Positions 15,306 through 33,488 of a DNA stretch of 64,000 nucleotides are shown here, in pieces. A program made the translations under genes and the position numbers. Numbering within the stretch: position 1 is the stretch's first letter; each line of letters starts with the position of its first letter. Location: positions 226,362,001 to 226,426,000 of the forward strand of contig OZ024741.1 in the NCBI GenBank assembly GCA_964016885.1, read 5' to 3'. The notes under the pieces are model-generated. The model was not told where the DNA came from, did no database searches, and saw nothing but the letters and a program-made list of their open reading frames with translations. The stretch comes from Eledone cirrhosa. Its lineage: Eukaryota.

Positions 15306-15548
15306 CGTGTGAGTCTGTGTGTGTGTGTGAGTTTGTGTGTGTGTGTGTGTGTGTATGAGTGTTTTTTTAAAAAATATGTAAGCCATCATATATGCCCCAG
15401 TTGTGCTATTTATTTAAAACTGATGTGTGCTGGAGAGAAGGTGAGTATATATCAAGTTGTTGCTTTCGTGTATCCCACTGCACGTCCGGGTTCAGAAAAT
15501 TTGCAACTAATTAAACTAGCGGAAACATATATGAATACACACAGACAG

Positions 15549-16336
15549 ACAGACAGACAGACAGACACACTTATACACATAGATATATATATATACCCGT
15601 ATATACGTATGTATACACACATACAGACAAACAGACACACTTATACACATAGATAGATATATATATACCCGTATATACGTATGTATACACACATACAGAC
15701 AAACAGACACACTTATACACATAGATAGATATATATATACCCGTATATACGTATGTATACACACATACAGACAAACAGACACACTTATACACATAGATAG
15801 ATATATATATACCCGTATATACGTATGTATACACACATACAGACAAACAGACACACTTATACACATAGATATATATATATACCCGTATATACGTATGTAT
15901 ACACACATACAGACAAACAGACACACTTATACACATAGATATATATATATATACCCGTATATACGTATGTATACACACATACAGACAAACAGACACACTT
16001 ATACACATAGATAGATATATATATACCCGTATATACGTATGTATACACACATACAGACAAACAGACACACTTATACACATAGATAGATATATATATACCC
16101 GTATATACGTATGTATACACACATACAGACAAACAGACACACTTATACACATATATATATATATATATACCCGTATATACGTATGTATACACACATACAG
16201 ACAAACAGACACACTTATACACATAGATATATATATATATACCCGTATATACGTATGTATACACACATACAGACAAACAGACACACTTATACACATAGAG
16301 ATATATATATATACCCGTATATACGTATGTATACAC
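15549..16336 (+). repeat. 72-bp minisatellite, about 11 copies
   Basis: ccgtatatacg recurs at ~72-bp spacing from 15597 to 16315; unit built from degenerate CA/TA/GACA repeats. Confidence 0.9.
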
Positions 16337-16469
16337 TCATTGCCATGCACTTATTTATGTACATACATACATACATGCCTGCATACATTCATATATACAT
16401 ACATACATGCATACATACATATATACATACATATGCATACGTACATACATGCATGCAATCATACATACA

Positions 16470-17660
16470 TATAGACAGACAGACAGACAGACAGACCGAC
16501 AGATACACAGACCGACAGACAGACAGACAGATAGACAGGCAGACAGACAGATAGACATGCAGGCTGACAGACAAACAGATAGACAGACATACAGATAGAT
16601 AGACAGTCAGACAGATAGACCGACAGACAGACAGACAGACAGATAGACAGACAGACAGATAGATAGACAACCAGACAGATAGACAGGCAGACAGACAGAT
16701 AGACAGGCAGACAGACAGATAGACCGACAGACAGACAGATAGACAGACAGACAGACAGACAGATAGATAGATAGACAGACAGATATACAGACAGACAGAC
16801 AGATAGACGGGCAGACAGACAGACAGATAGAGAGACAGATAGACAGCAGACAGACAGATAGACAGTCAGACAGATAGATATGTTTCTTTTATTTGCCACC
16901 AGGGCATCAAAAGTGGGACAGTCAGACAGATAGACAGACAGATAGACAGACAGATAGACAGATAGACAGACAGGCAGATAGACAGGCAGATAGACAGGCA
17001 GACAGATAGACAGACAGATAGATAGATAGATAGATAGACAGGCAGATAGACAGATAGACAGATAGACAGGCAGACAGATAGACAGACAGATAGAGAGACC
17101 GACAGATAGACAGACAGACAGATAGATATGTTTCTTTTATTTGCCACCAGGGCATCAAAAGTGGGACAGTCAGACAGATAGACAGACAGATAGACAGACA
17201 GATAGACAGATAGACAGACAGGCAGATAGACAGGCAGATAGACAGGCAGACAGATAGACAGACAGATAGATAGATAGATAGATAGATAGACAGGCAGATA
17301 GACAGATAGACAGATAGACAGGCAGACAGATAGACAGACAGATAGAGAGACCGACAGATAGACAGACAGACAGATAGATATGTTTCTTTTATTTGCCACC
17401 AGGGCATCAAAAGTGGGACAGTCAGACAGATAGACAGACAGATAGACAGACAGATAGACAGATAGACAGACAGGCAGATAGACAGGCAGATAGACAGGCA
17501 GATAGACAGGCAGACAGATAGACAGACAGATAGATAGATAGATAGATAGACAGGCAGATAGACAGATAGACAGATAGACAGGCAGACAGATAGACAGACA
17601 GATAGAGAGACCGACAGATAGACAGACAGACAGACATACAGACAGACAGATAGACAGACC
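16470..17660 (+). repeat. (GACA/GATA)n array containing three ~250-bp tandem units, each with a 45-bp unique insert
   Basis: tatgtttcttttatttgccaccagggcatcaaaagtgggacagtc at ~16880, ~17127 and ~17379. Confidence 0.9.
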
Positions 17661-18401
17661 GACTTCGGGTATGAAACTAAAGAAAGGAATGTCAAGCAAG
17701 AGAAAGTAAATCTAAGAATATGTATTTCTATCTGTGTATTGAGTACTTTGTATTTTGTTAGGTTAATATATAGGCAACAACAGTTTCTAATTCAGGCAAA
17801 AGGCCAGCAATTGAATCAAACGTAATTTCCCCCCAAAAAAAATTGAGGCCCACATAAGAAATTATATTATTTAATGAGTTTATCAGACGTGGAAGGCCGG
17901 CGGCGTTGACTTTTTTGTGTACCTCTGAGACTGGTGGGTGGCAGGCTATAGACCTCGACTGTTTCTTGCAACTTTACAATAGGCAACAAAGTACCCGGGC
18001 GTGGGGCTAAATCGGGCAACGGAATATATTATTCTTATTGTTGATTTTGTTACAGTTGTGGTTGTTTAGTCCTAAGTTTGCCCTGATCGAGCAAACCTAC
18101 GATCACGGCAGACCAGCCATGGCGACCCGGTCTATTTAGGGCCTATGTGCAAGGGAAGGCTACGTTATTTAACGTATCCTCTCCTATATTTGTTTAGCAA
18201 TGACACTTACATAGTGTGGTTCAGTCTACATGTTTTCGATGATGACTAAAAACTCTGAAACACTCGTCTGGCATTCTCACACGGCTACTGCGATAGCTAT
18301 GATATGACCCCACATTAAAACATTAATAGCGAAATTTATATGAGTTTGTTATACATAAATATATCGAACATGCCCCAATATATATACATCACCTCCATTT
18401 C

Positions 18402-18461
<60 letters not shown>

Positions 18462-18726
18462 TGGAAGGGCAGTGTTTTTGACCATTTTCTGAAGTACCTC
18501 AGACTGGTGAGATGACGGGAACAATTTTTCCTCAAACCAAGGATTGGGCTTGCAACAGTGTGATTGTTGTCTACTTAAAATATATGCGATATAAAGGGAC
18601 ATTTGGCTGCTATTTCTAGAAGCTAGTTGAGCAACACTGTCAATGAGATTCCCTGCTATTTTAAATAGTTATTTACTTTTTATGCTAAGGGGATGTAATC
18701 TGTATGTGTATAGGAATGTGTCGGGT

Positions 18727-18837
<111 letters not shown>

Positions 18838-19096
18838 GTGTGCGCTTGTTTATATATGTGTATGTATGTATAAGTGTTTTGGGGAGTATGTAACCCATCA
18901 TAGATCTCACAGTTGGGCTATTTATTTAAAACTGATGTGTACCAGGGAGAAGTTGTGTACATCAAGTTGTTCCTTTCGTGTACCCAACTTCGGCTCGGGG
19001 TTCAAATAAAATTGGCGAAAACACGTACAGACACACCCACAAACACATACATGCATATACATACATACACACACATATTTATGTATATATATATAG

Positions 19097-19183
<87 letters not shown>

Positions 19184-19334
19184 AAGAGAGAGAAAAAAAT
19201 AAATAGTTAGGCAGACAGACAGATAGATATAGGAATGTGTATATACACAGGCGTGCGCGAGTATATACACTCAACTGTTATACATATATTTATGTAATAC
19301 GTAAGAAATAAAGGAACTGAAAACACTAACTGAC

Positions 19335-20267
19335 CTGTCTCCATAGTGATAGCTGTATGCTGTCACTAGCGGTAGTTTCCGAACTGAGCAGACCTGCCAC
19401 GATTAAATGACCACTGGGTAATAGAATTCCCAACATCACCGAAACCATCCTCTGCATGGGCATCAGTGTATAGACCATAAACACAACAAACGCAACCTCC
19501 CATACTCCTTGGATGGGTAGAGACAAGTACTTAGTATCCGGGTAGTAACTGTTCTGTAGAACTAAGCCAATGTTGCCGGGGACAGGGGTCGAACCGGCAT
19601 CATCCTCGTTGACAACATTGGTGACCGCTTCGTCTGTGAGACCGAACCGATTCTTTCCAGTCGCCTTGTTAGATGTAAAGCCGGACGGAAAAGAGGATTT
19701 TAGTACGGAAGGGGTTTCGGTACCCCCTTGCTCGTTGCTTGTAGGGTTAGCGTTGCGGTTGTTGTATTGGTGGTTATGGTTGGTTGGATGCTGTTTATAA
19801 GCTGTGTTACTGTGTCCTCTGTCTTTGTTGTTGAAGTCGGTTTGGCTTTCGAGAGGGGGTCGATCGCCGAATGGAATTGGGAAAGACATCGTGGCAAAAA
19901 TGACGAGGAAAAACATAAGGACGTAACATAGGGGTATGAAATACGTTTCTTCCATGTAGCGGGTATTGATGAAGACGAAAACAGCAATGAAGAAAAGGCA
20001 TTGTAATACCAAATAGATGCTCCGAATGGTCGGATAAAGGAGATAGAATAAATTCAGGGCTGCCAAGCAGATTGTTAAAAGTATAAACACGGCCAACATA
20101 TAACCAATACTGGTTTGTTGTAGTTTGTATATATATCTTTTGTATAACTTTTCCAGTTCAACATTATCAAACTCATACCGATTTAATAGTCGTTTTAATC
20201 TCTTTTTCCTCCGTGACATATTATAATCCGTTGGGTTTTTCCCTTGGGTTCCACCGTTTCCAGTCAT
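19335..20267 (-). CDS. First coding exon of a transmembrane adenylyl cyclase (rutabaga/ADCY1-ADCY8-like; N-terminus plus TM1-TM5)
   Basis: ORF has FDNVELEKLYKRYIYKLQ (adenylyl cyclase N-terminal F-x-x-x-ELE-x-LY-x-RY motif), five hydrophobic segments and QGVWEVAFVVFMVYTLMP...GILLPSGH (TM4-TM5 signature). It ends WRQ|GTCAGT at a phase-0 donor (plus-strand 19334/19335). No downstream exon recognised in 1-19334. Confidence 0.9.
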
Positions 20268-20870
20268 TTTATTATGACTATTGCTTATAATTGTAGTTAA
20301 TGTTAATTCTTATTACTGAGGCATTTCGAATAAGAAATAAAATATATCCAGAGAATAAAGAGGAAAGAAACAGCAGTAATAATAATAATAATGATAATAA
20401 TAATAATAGTTATAATAAGATAAGTAACAAATTTCCAATAAACAGAAAGAGAAAAAATAACAGAAAAGATTTGAAACAAATCAAAAAACAAAACAAACAG
20501 GGAGATGATGATGACTAAAGTTCTCCTCCTTCAACTTCACCTTTCTACTCTAAGTATCACTGCAACCGCCACTCCAAGTGCCACTCATAGTTGCACTTGG
20601 AGTTACTAGTGGTAAAGGAAGTCGAAAGATATGCCCTTGCAGCTACACGGATTACAGGATCAAAATATGCCCCTGTCTCTTTGACGTCCATTCGAAAACA
20701 GAAAAAAATGTAAAAAAATAAACTGAGAAAAGGGTAAAAATAAAGGATCAAATGAAAACAAAATTCCCAAGATATGTACGCTGACCTCTTTCTGTTTCTC
20801 CAGTCACTCTATTTATAGATTCCCTTCTCCTTGCCCTACCACCACTCCCGTGCCTCCTCTCTCCCCCTCC

Positions 20871-20909
<39 letters not shown>

Positions 20910-21152
20910 CATACACCGAAATTACCTCTCCTCTGACTCAGGCAAAATATTACGTTCTCTCCATTAAATTTCCTTTAGAAATTTATCAATTCTATCTATC
21001 TATCTGTCTATCTATCTCCATATATCTATGTATCTATCTATCTATCTATCTCCATCTATCTATCTATATGTCTGTCTATCTACCTATTGTTCTATCTGTC
21101 AGTTTCTCTATTTATTTATCTTTCTATATATCTATCCCTTCCCCCTCTCTCA

Positions 21153-21230
<78 letters not shown>

Positions 21231-21345
21231 ATATATATGTGTATATATATGTTTGTGTGTGTGTATGTGTATCACTGTAAAAGCACGGAGGAACAAAAAA
21301 CTCGACACAGTAGTACACTACCTTTCCTTCCTCCTCCTCCCTCTT

Positions 21346-21425
<80 letters not shown>

Positions 21426-21814
21426 TGAAACAGTACTAAGGTGAAAATAGTCTATTTAAGAGTCTTCAAAATAAAGATGCGTTGAAAATGTATATATATG
21501 CATATTTTTATTTGTATATATGTATGTTATACAAAATCAACAAGTCTATCTATGTAATTGTGATTATTTCCACATTTCCATTACAGAGCTACACTAAACA
21601 GTAAACTTTCGATATATTAATATAACAATTTTGTTATGTGTGTGCGTGTCTGGGTATGTGTTGCTTTTCTTCTTGATGCTGTTGTTATTGTTGTTACTGT
21701 GTTTTTGTTTTTTTTGTGTGTGTTTGGTTTTTTTTCTTCAAATGTCTCTGTAAAAGCAATTAACAATAATTACATAATTAATGATACTACTACTGCTGAT
21801 ACTGCTGCTGCTGC

Positions 21815-21855
<41 letters not shown>

Positions 21856-22023
21856 CACATGTGTATATATGTATACTGTTTTTTTTTTTTTTTTTTATTA
21901 TAACCAATGTGCTGTATTAACTGGCTTACCAATGCACACTGAATTTATTTGCCCTAGGTGTCAGGAAGACACTCGGCATATATCTCAGAAAAAGAAAATA
22001 AATAAAATAAAAAAAAATAAAAA

Positions 22024-22059
<36 letters not shown>

Positions 22060-23116
22060 GATGATGATGATCAGGTGCAAAAGTTTCAAAAGAAGGGTTG
22101 AAAGTAAGAAAAAATGAAAAGTTGGTAACAGCGCGGAGAAAGTGTAACTTTAGAGTAGTAGTAAATCTCCGAACAGTGGAAATAAAAATCAACTTATCTT
22201 AGTTACAAACTAAGTAGTAGTAGTAGTAGTAGTATTGGTAATGGTAGCAGTGGCGGTGGTGGTGATGGTGCTAGTGGTGGTGGTGGTGGTATGAGAAGAA
22301 GCAGAAGATGCAAAAACGGTTAAGTTTAAACTACATATGCATCTATTTATCTTTTTTTTCTTCCTTTCTTTGTCTCTCACAATCACAGACACTCTATCAC
22401 TCTCTTTCTCTCACTCTTCTCCCCCCCCCCCTTCTCCTTATATATATATATATATCTCTCTCTCTGTCTCACTGATATTTATACACTATAGTATTAACGG
22501 CAATAAATAAATATTTAGGATATATATCATTATATCATTATTAAAATATTACGAACGATTACAATAATGATTGTTTTTTTAAATACAAGCAACAAACGAA
22601 ACAATAAAAACGATCCCCGAAAGAAATTAAATTCAATAATTTTCAGGGTTAGTTATTAATTAATTAAATTAATAAATAATAATATAAAGAAAGGCACAAA
22701 TAAACATTAAAATGAAAAAACAACGAAGAAACTTTTAAATCAACATCACTTTTTTTTTAATATATATATATACATTTTTTTTTTTTTTGCTTAAAAGTTG
22801 TTATTTATATTTTCAAAAATGGTTATTTGGAGAAAAAATGTTTACAAAAACTGTAGTAATATATATATTATATACACGAGTCTTCTGTTTTGTTTTCCTG
22901 TCTGAGAAACCGATCACACGTCGGGGGAACCTCCAGTGTAACAGTCTATTGGATCAGACCCAATAATCAACTAGTATTCTTCACGGCTCTGTCGAGTAAA
23001 TTTTTCTATCATTTTCTAAAAACCAGTGCATGAATGTATGCATGTATGTATGTGTTTATGTAACAACATACGCACGTGCATATATATATTTATATATATA
23101 TATATATATATATATA

Positions 23117-23196
<80 letters not shown>

Positions 23197-23407
23197 GTGT
23201 CCGTGTTCGCTCATACCCCTTCGCCAAAAAGTACGAAGGTTGAGAGAGGTGAGAGTTCTACAACTAATTAATAAAATCAAACCATTGTACAATTCTTTCG
23301 GTATTTGGGACAGGTCGTCAATTTTTCAGAATATATATACATACATACACACACACACATTATAACATCATATAATACATCATATATATATATACAGATA
23401 CACACAC

Positions 23408-23451
<44 letters not shown>

Positions 23452-23557
23452 TTATTAAAATAACAGATTAAAGTTTAAGCAAAGAATCGCTTAATATATA
23501 TATATATATATGTATGTATTAATATATATATATTAATATATATATATATATAATATG

Positions 23558-23596
<39 letters not shown>

Positions 23597-23795
23597 GTTA
23601 TATATATATATGCTTCTGAGTTTCTTACATATCTTTATATCTTTATTTTTCAAAGTTATACACAGAAATTGACAAAGATTACTTCACGCACACAAGTGTA
23701 TAAACTATATATATATATATAGTGTGTATGTGTGTATGTTTGTATTTCTGTATATGTACTTTGTAATCAAACTTCGTTAACACATAGCAAATAAC

Positions 23796-23878
<83 letters not shown>

Positions 23879-24324
23879 ATGTATGTATGTATGTATGTAT
23901 GTATGTATGTATGTATACGTATGTATTTGTTTGTATATCTTAACTAGACTATATCTATTAAGAAGTGTCGATTCGTTTACTTTTTCTCTCTCTTTTTCTT
24001 TCTGTAATCGAAGCATAATAATAACAATAATATTAGATGCTTCTGCAAATACGCTAATACGCGGACACCGTGCTTCGTGGCAGGGAGAAGGGAGTGGAGA
24101 GATCGTTCCCGCCTACTTCCTTCTCGTCTAAGGTATTTTTTTTTCCTTTCTTTTAATTTAGCTGTTATCGTCATTTCAGCAACACTATTCTTTAAGAGTA
24201 TCAGTGATGCTGCTGATGTTGCTATTTCTGTTGTCGCTATTGCTGTTGTTGTTGTTGCTGGTATTGTTTGTGTTGCTGTTGTTGTTTTTATTGCTGTTTT
24301 TCTTTTTATTATTGATGTTGCTGA

Positions 24325-24546
24325 GGGCGGTGGATTGGCAGTATCGGTGGAGTCGGACACTATGCTTTGCAGCATAGAGTTACGGTCCTTTACGGTCTGA
24401 GTTCAAATCCTGCCGAGGTTAACTTTGCCTTTCATCGTTACAGGGTCGATAAAATAAAGTACCAGTAATGTACTGCGGTCGATTTAATCGACTTTCTCCT
24501 TCCCCCCCCCTCCAAATTACTGGCCTTGTGCCTATACTAGAAATCA
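24325..24546 (+). mobile_element. tRNA-derived SINE
   Basis: ggcggtggattggcagtatcgg...gagttcaaatcc...ctttgcctttcatc...ggccttgtgcc. Confidence 0.9.
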
Positions 24547-24622
24547 TTGTTGTTGTTGTTGGTGTTGTTGTTGTTGTTGTTGTTGTTGAGTACAGTGTTA
24601 TTTCGCTTGGCGCACTATTCTG

Positions 24623-24655
<33 letters not shown>

Positions 24656-24736
24656 AGTTGTTGCCTTCTCTATTACAATTGCTCCTGTTATTATAGATAG
24701 TTCTATCATTATCATCAGCTGCTTCGTCATCGTCGC

Positions 24737-24767
<31 letters not shown>

Positions 24768-24974
24768 GCCGTCTTTAGTGTTGTTGTTTGTTGTAGTGGT
24801 GGTGTTGGTGTTGTTGTTGTTGTTGCTGGTAGATTTGTTGTTACTGTTGTCATCACCTCTCCAGCTAACGATAATTCTACAGAGCCCGGCTTAGCTCTTG
24901 TCTCCATCTTAACACGTTTAACTCCACTCAACCAGCCTCCCTCCTGCTCTCTCTTCTGTAGGCTACTCCTTTAC

Positions 24975-25015
<41 letters not shown>

Positions 25016-25067
25016 TTCTCTCTCTCACTTTCTTTTTCTCTCTCTTTCTTTTTCTCTCGCTCTATTG

Positions 25068-25776
<709 letters not shown>

Positions 25777-26542
25777 TACTTTCCTGTATATATCTCTTTA
25801 TGTCTCTATTTCCTTCTGTTTCTTTACCAGTCATTCAGGCTCTTACCGGTTTCTCTGAGTCTATCTCTCTCTACGTGCGTGTCTGTCTCTCCATAACACT
25901 TTCTCTTTCTCTGTTTCTCCTCCCCCTCTCTCTCTCTCTATATATATATATCCGTGTGTATGTGTCTGTGTCTATGTGTCTGTGTGTGTATGTATGTGTG
26001 TCTGTGGGTGTTTGTGTGCGTATGTGTGTGTGTGTGTCTGTGTCTATGTGTCTGTGTGTCTGTGTGTGTATGTATGTGTGTCTGTGGGTGTATGTGTGCG
26101 TATATGTGTGTGTGTGTGTGTGTCTGTGTGTGTATTTTATTCTTATTCCCTCAGTTTCTCTCTTTCTCTCTCTCTTTCTCTCAGACACGCCGTGTTTTTC
26201 CCTCAAACATTCAAACACTCACTCACTCTCTCACTCATGTACAATACTAATACTACACGCACTCACAATCCCACACACTCATGTACACATTCAATATAAA
26301 ACGGTCGTCCCCATCTTCACCACACTCTTACACACCTAAGCAGTCACCTTAGCCACCTCTACCCAAACCTCCCTCACTAAAGTGTAATATTTCACTGATT
26401 TTTCATCTGTCCATAAGAACATTTCTTCCTTCCATTTCTTAACTTTTTGCTTTTTACATCACCTTTCTCTCTATTACCCCAATACAGTTTGTTTTTCTTC
26501 TAGTTATCTCTACTATTACATTGACTGGCTCTCTCTTCCCCT

Positions 26543-26612
<70 letters not shown>

Positions 26613-26652
26613 TTTCTGTCTACATTACTACATTTGTGGTTACCCTCTCGAT

Positions 26653-26693
<41 letters not shown>

Positions 26694-27882
26694 ATATAGT
26701 TTATTGTTATTTATCATTGTTAAAGATTTTATGTAAAACCCCCGCCATCACGTCTTGTAATGTCCCATTTTTTGTACACCCCTGTGGCAAATAAAGAAAG
26801 ATATCTATCTATATATCTATCTATATATCTATCTATGTAAATATCTATGTATACTTACCTATCTATTTATCTATCTATCTAACTAGCTATCTATCTACCT
26901 ATTTATCTTTATATCCATATATCTATCTATCTATTTATCTATCTAGCAATCAATCTACCTATTTAAATATCTATCTATCTATTTAGAAAGTTATCTATCT
27001 ATTTGAATATCTTTCTTTCTGTCTGTTTGTCTGTTTGTCTATCTCTCTATTCATTTATTTATTTATTTATTTATTTATTTATCTGCCTGATTGTCGGTTT
27101 GTCTCTCTCTCTCTATAAATATCTATTTATCTATCTATCTATAGGATGAGGAAAAGGAGGAGGAGAGGAAAGGAGTACAAACTCTTCGTACTCCTGGAGA
27201 TGAGGGTTGCACATTTTTTTCGGGGGTATGTGTTACCCATATAAACTGTCTCCCTCTATTGGGGAAAATCGATTAACTTTTTAAATTGCATTTGTGATAA
27301 CATTTTACACGTTTTTATTGTATGTAAACTTCCCCCTTTGTATTTGTCCCCTTCTTTTGTGCCCCTGTGGCTAATAAAGAAATATATCTATCTAAATAAA
27401 TGTTTTTCAACGATTACCTATCTATTAGTGTGCAAAAGTGAACTGAGAGAAATAATTAAAGTGAGCCAATATCGTGAATTTAGAGGATTCAGGTACATGA
27501 TGATGTACTGAATGGCTAACGCAAATAATTCTCGTGATTTTATAGAAAAAGGGAGATAATTTCGAGAAAATAAGGATTTATTGCACAAAAAATATAATTT
27601 TTCTCCTTTGAGGATATATCCGATGTTTGTAACTATGAAAGGTGGCAGTTACAAACCTATTTCGGTTATATGAGACGAAAGATGTATAGCTTAGTGGTGA
27701 GGATGCTGGACTTGTTTCTTGGACTGGGCGGTATGTTGCATTCTTGAACGAGATACATAATTTCACGTTGTTGTTTTTTCTCAAGAGTCTATTTTTTCCT
27801 GAAAAACTCTAGCTTGTGAAGTTCATGGTGATACTACGTTTCACTGAGCCAACGATTTGAAAAAATATCACATGTTCCAGTG

Positions 27883-27990
<108 letters not shown>

Positions 27991-28124
27991 ATTATTATTA
28001 GGGTAAACATTGATGCAATTCAATTCAAGCACTCAACGTACTTTTTCCACATAGGAGTGACGGAGTAAATATCGAATAAGTAAAAGCGAAGTAGTTTCAG
28101 ATGTTCAAGTCCTTTAATAATAAT

Positions 28125-28198
28125 GCTGTGATATATATTTCAATGACGACACTGGCCACACTGTTCTGTGTGCGAGTGTCGTGACATCATCAGACAGC
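28125..28198 (-). ncRNA. Type-I hammerhead ribozyme
   Basis: Minus strand gctgt-CTGATGA-tg..acgacact...agtgtcgt-catt-GAAA-tatat-ATC-acagc: stem I gctgt/acagc. Confidence 0.75.
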
Positions 28199-28387
28199 TT
28201 GTTACATAATAAGGTTGTTTCCGAGGCAATCCAAATTGAATCGACATGGGAACGGACGAAGTTCGTGCTTTGGGGTTTTTCATCCGTTCCCTTGTGAGTA
28301 CCAATTCACCCCCACCGGTCTGCGCAAGCGCATGTCCGAAGGAAGTTGACCATTAGCACCGCAGATTTCAACGAAATATATATATGA

Positions 28388-28436
28388 GATTCTACAGGAT
28401 TAGAACTGTTTCATTCTTTAGAAATCATCAGGAATC
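28388..28436 (-). ncRNA. Type-I hammerhead ribozyme in a fold-back element (28381-28562)
   Basis: Minus strand gattc-CTGATGA-t-ttc(taaa)gaa-t-GAAA-cag..ct-GTA-gaatc. The adjacent plus-strand arm lacks the CTGATGA core. Confidence 0.8.
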
Positions 28437-28561
28437 ACTTCTAAAGAATGAAACAGTTCTAGTCCTGTAGAATCTCATCTATATTAAAACTTTTATACTC
28501 TGCAATGTATTGAGTACCTTACTTACTGTGGTTACCTCCGATTCAACCCGGAATAACGTAC

Positions 28562-28634
<73 letters not shown>

Positions 28635-28799
28635 CCAGGTCACGTATCTCCTAGGGTAATCGTAGGGCCGCCGTATTGGTATACAGTGTTTCGTGGGCAC
28701 TTTTAAATACAGATGAATACAGGTCTGAATACAGCAGATTTATTTCAGAGAAGGATAAAGAGTGAGAGAATGGAAGAGAGAAAGATATATAGAGGAAGA

Positions 28800-28936
28800 A
28801 ACGACCCCAGTACTGTACTTGTATTTTTTATCAACCACGAAAAGATGAAAGGTAAAGTTCACCTCGGCGGGATTTGAAGACTGTGAGTAGAGAGCCGAAA
28901 CGAATACCGTAATGCATGCTATCCGACATTCTAACA
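28800..28936 (-). mobile_element. Decayed SINE
   Basis: gatgaaaggtaaagttcacctcggcgggatttgaa is the reverse complement of the SINE core/B-box. Confidence 0.75.
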
Positions 28937-28954
28937 ACTTTCCCAATTCGCCGC

Positions 28955-31598
<2,644 letters not shown>

Positions 31599-31850
31599 AC
31601 TGTTTTGTTGGTTATATATATATATATATACTGTTTGGTATGTAAACTATATATATATACTTGTCTCACTCGCTTTACGCGTTGCAATTGTCCTAATAAC
31701 TTATTTTAGTTATTGTCGCACCAACGTGAGGTATATGATTTTTAATGCGATGAAATACCAATGATCGTTGGCAAATCACTGATGCGGGACTCATTTTATA
31801 ACATGTAATCCATGTGCAACCATGCAGTATTCTTCTCCCCATATTTTTCA

Positions 31851-31992
<142 letters not shown>

Positions 31993-32077
31993 AAAGTTCT
32001 ATTTAAAATTGTTGGGATACAACAAGTAAATATTTTTATAACTGATATAAAGCACTCGACAAGTATTTGGAGTAGAT

Positions 32078-32416
32078 ATACGATATTAATAAATGGAAAC
32101 TATATTTATAAAACCATATTTATTTCATTATACATATTTCAGGGATACCAAATTAAATTATGGTATGCCTTCATCAGACAAAATACAATATATAACAGTT
32201 TTACAAATAAGCTTTGACGTACCCTTTCAAAATGCCACCATTATTTTTGGAAGCCATGGTTGCATTTTAAAAGAGTACGTCAAAGCTTATTTGTAAAACT
32301 GTTATATATTGTATTTTGTCTGATGAAGGCATACCATGATTTAATTTGGTATCCCTGAAATATGTATAATGAAATAAATATGGTTTTATAAATATAGTTT
32401 CCATTTATTAATATCG

Positions 32417-32419
<3 letters not shown>
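32078..32419. mobile_element. Fold-back element with two divergent HHRs (32121-32185 minus, 32312-32376 plus)
   Basis: tattttgt-CTGATGA-aggcatacca..tggtatccct-GAAA-tatgt-ATA-atgaaata and its mirror copy. A tail fragment of this family also lies at ~7990-8065. Confidence 0.8.
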
Positions 32420-32453
<34 letters not shown>

Positions 32454-32504
32454 CACACATACCACTCACACACTAATATATATATATATATAATATACTA
32501 TATA

Positions 32505-32857
32505 GTGCAAGCACCCCAGGACCTCATAAATAGTCGGGCTGAAACTGTCATCTATTGCGACCATAGACTACAACAATATTTCTATAGATGGACCCCGACA
32601 AATACTTAACCACTTGGGGCTTCCAACACTACACCCTGGCTCGACCTACTACGGTGGACTTACTATTAAACAACTTGGAGCAACACCATCATCCACCCTC
32701 TATTCTCCCTCTAGGGAGCTGCACTGCATATATTCAGCTGGGCGTACCTCGCTATATTCTACCACACAGAACTGCCGCTTATACCCAATAAACCCTTTAG
32801 ACAACTGATTATATAATTATACAAATTTTATCTAAAGTGTCTTTACCTTTCTAGGCC
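32505..32857 (+). mobile_element. PLE 3' fragment (endonuclease C-terminus and 3' UTR)
   Basis: Translates VQAPQDLINSRAETVIYCDHR, matching the LN-x-R-x-E-x4-C-x-H end of the 30.2 kb and 54.7 kb PLE endonucleases. Confidence 0.55.
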
Positions 32858-33092
32858 TTATAATATTACGAGTTGGTAGATCCAGTAAGTTCTTTGTTAA
32901 CTTCGGTGGGAAGAATTTTAGAGATTCCTGGTTAACTTGGGTTGGAGAACTTTCTCGCATTCGTCTCAAAATGAGATCAGGTTGTGTTGAAATGTGTGAC
33001 TATATATAAGATAGATTTGGATGTGTCTGGGGTGCGGCGTGTGGTGTTAATGAGTGTTGATGGTGATGAAGGTCCGGAGGAATTAAAGTATA

Positions 33093-33179
<87 letters not shown>

Positions 33180-33410
33180 ACACACACACATACACATACA
33201 CACTTCGGTGAGAAGAATTTTAGAGATTCCTGGTTAACTTGGGTTGGAGAACTTTCTCGCATTCGTCTGCCTGTGGCGATTGTCAAAATGAGATCAGGTT
33301 GTGTTGAAATGTGTGACTATATATAAGATAGATTTGGATGTGTCTGGGGTGTGGCGTGTGGTGTTAATGAGTGTTGATGGTGATGAAGGTCCAGAGGAAT
33401 TAAAGTATAG

Positions 33411-33488
<78 letters not shown>

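Noticed and set aside
15549-17660. CRISPR-like regular repeats
   Set aside because: Units are wholly repeated with no unique spacers; eukaryotic context; no cas genes
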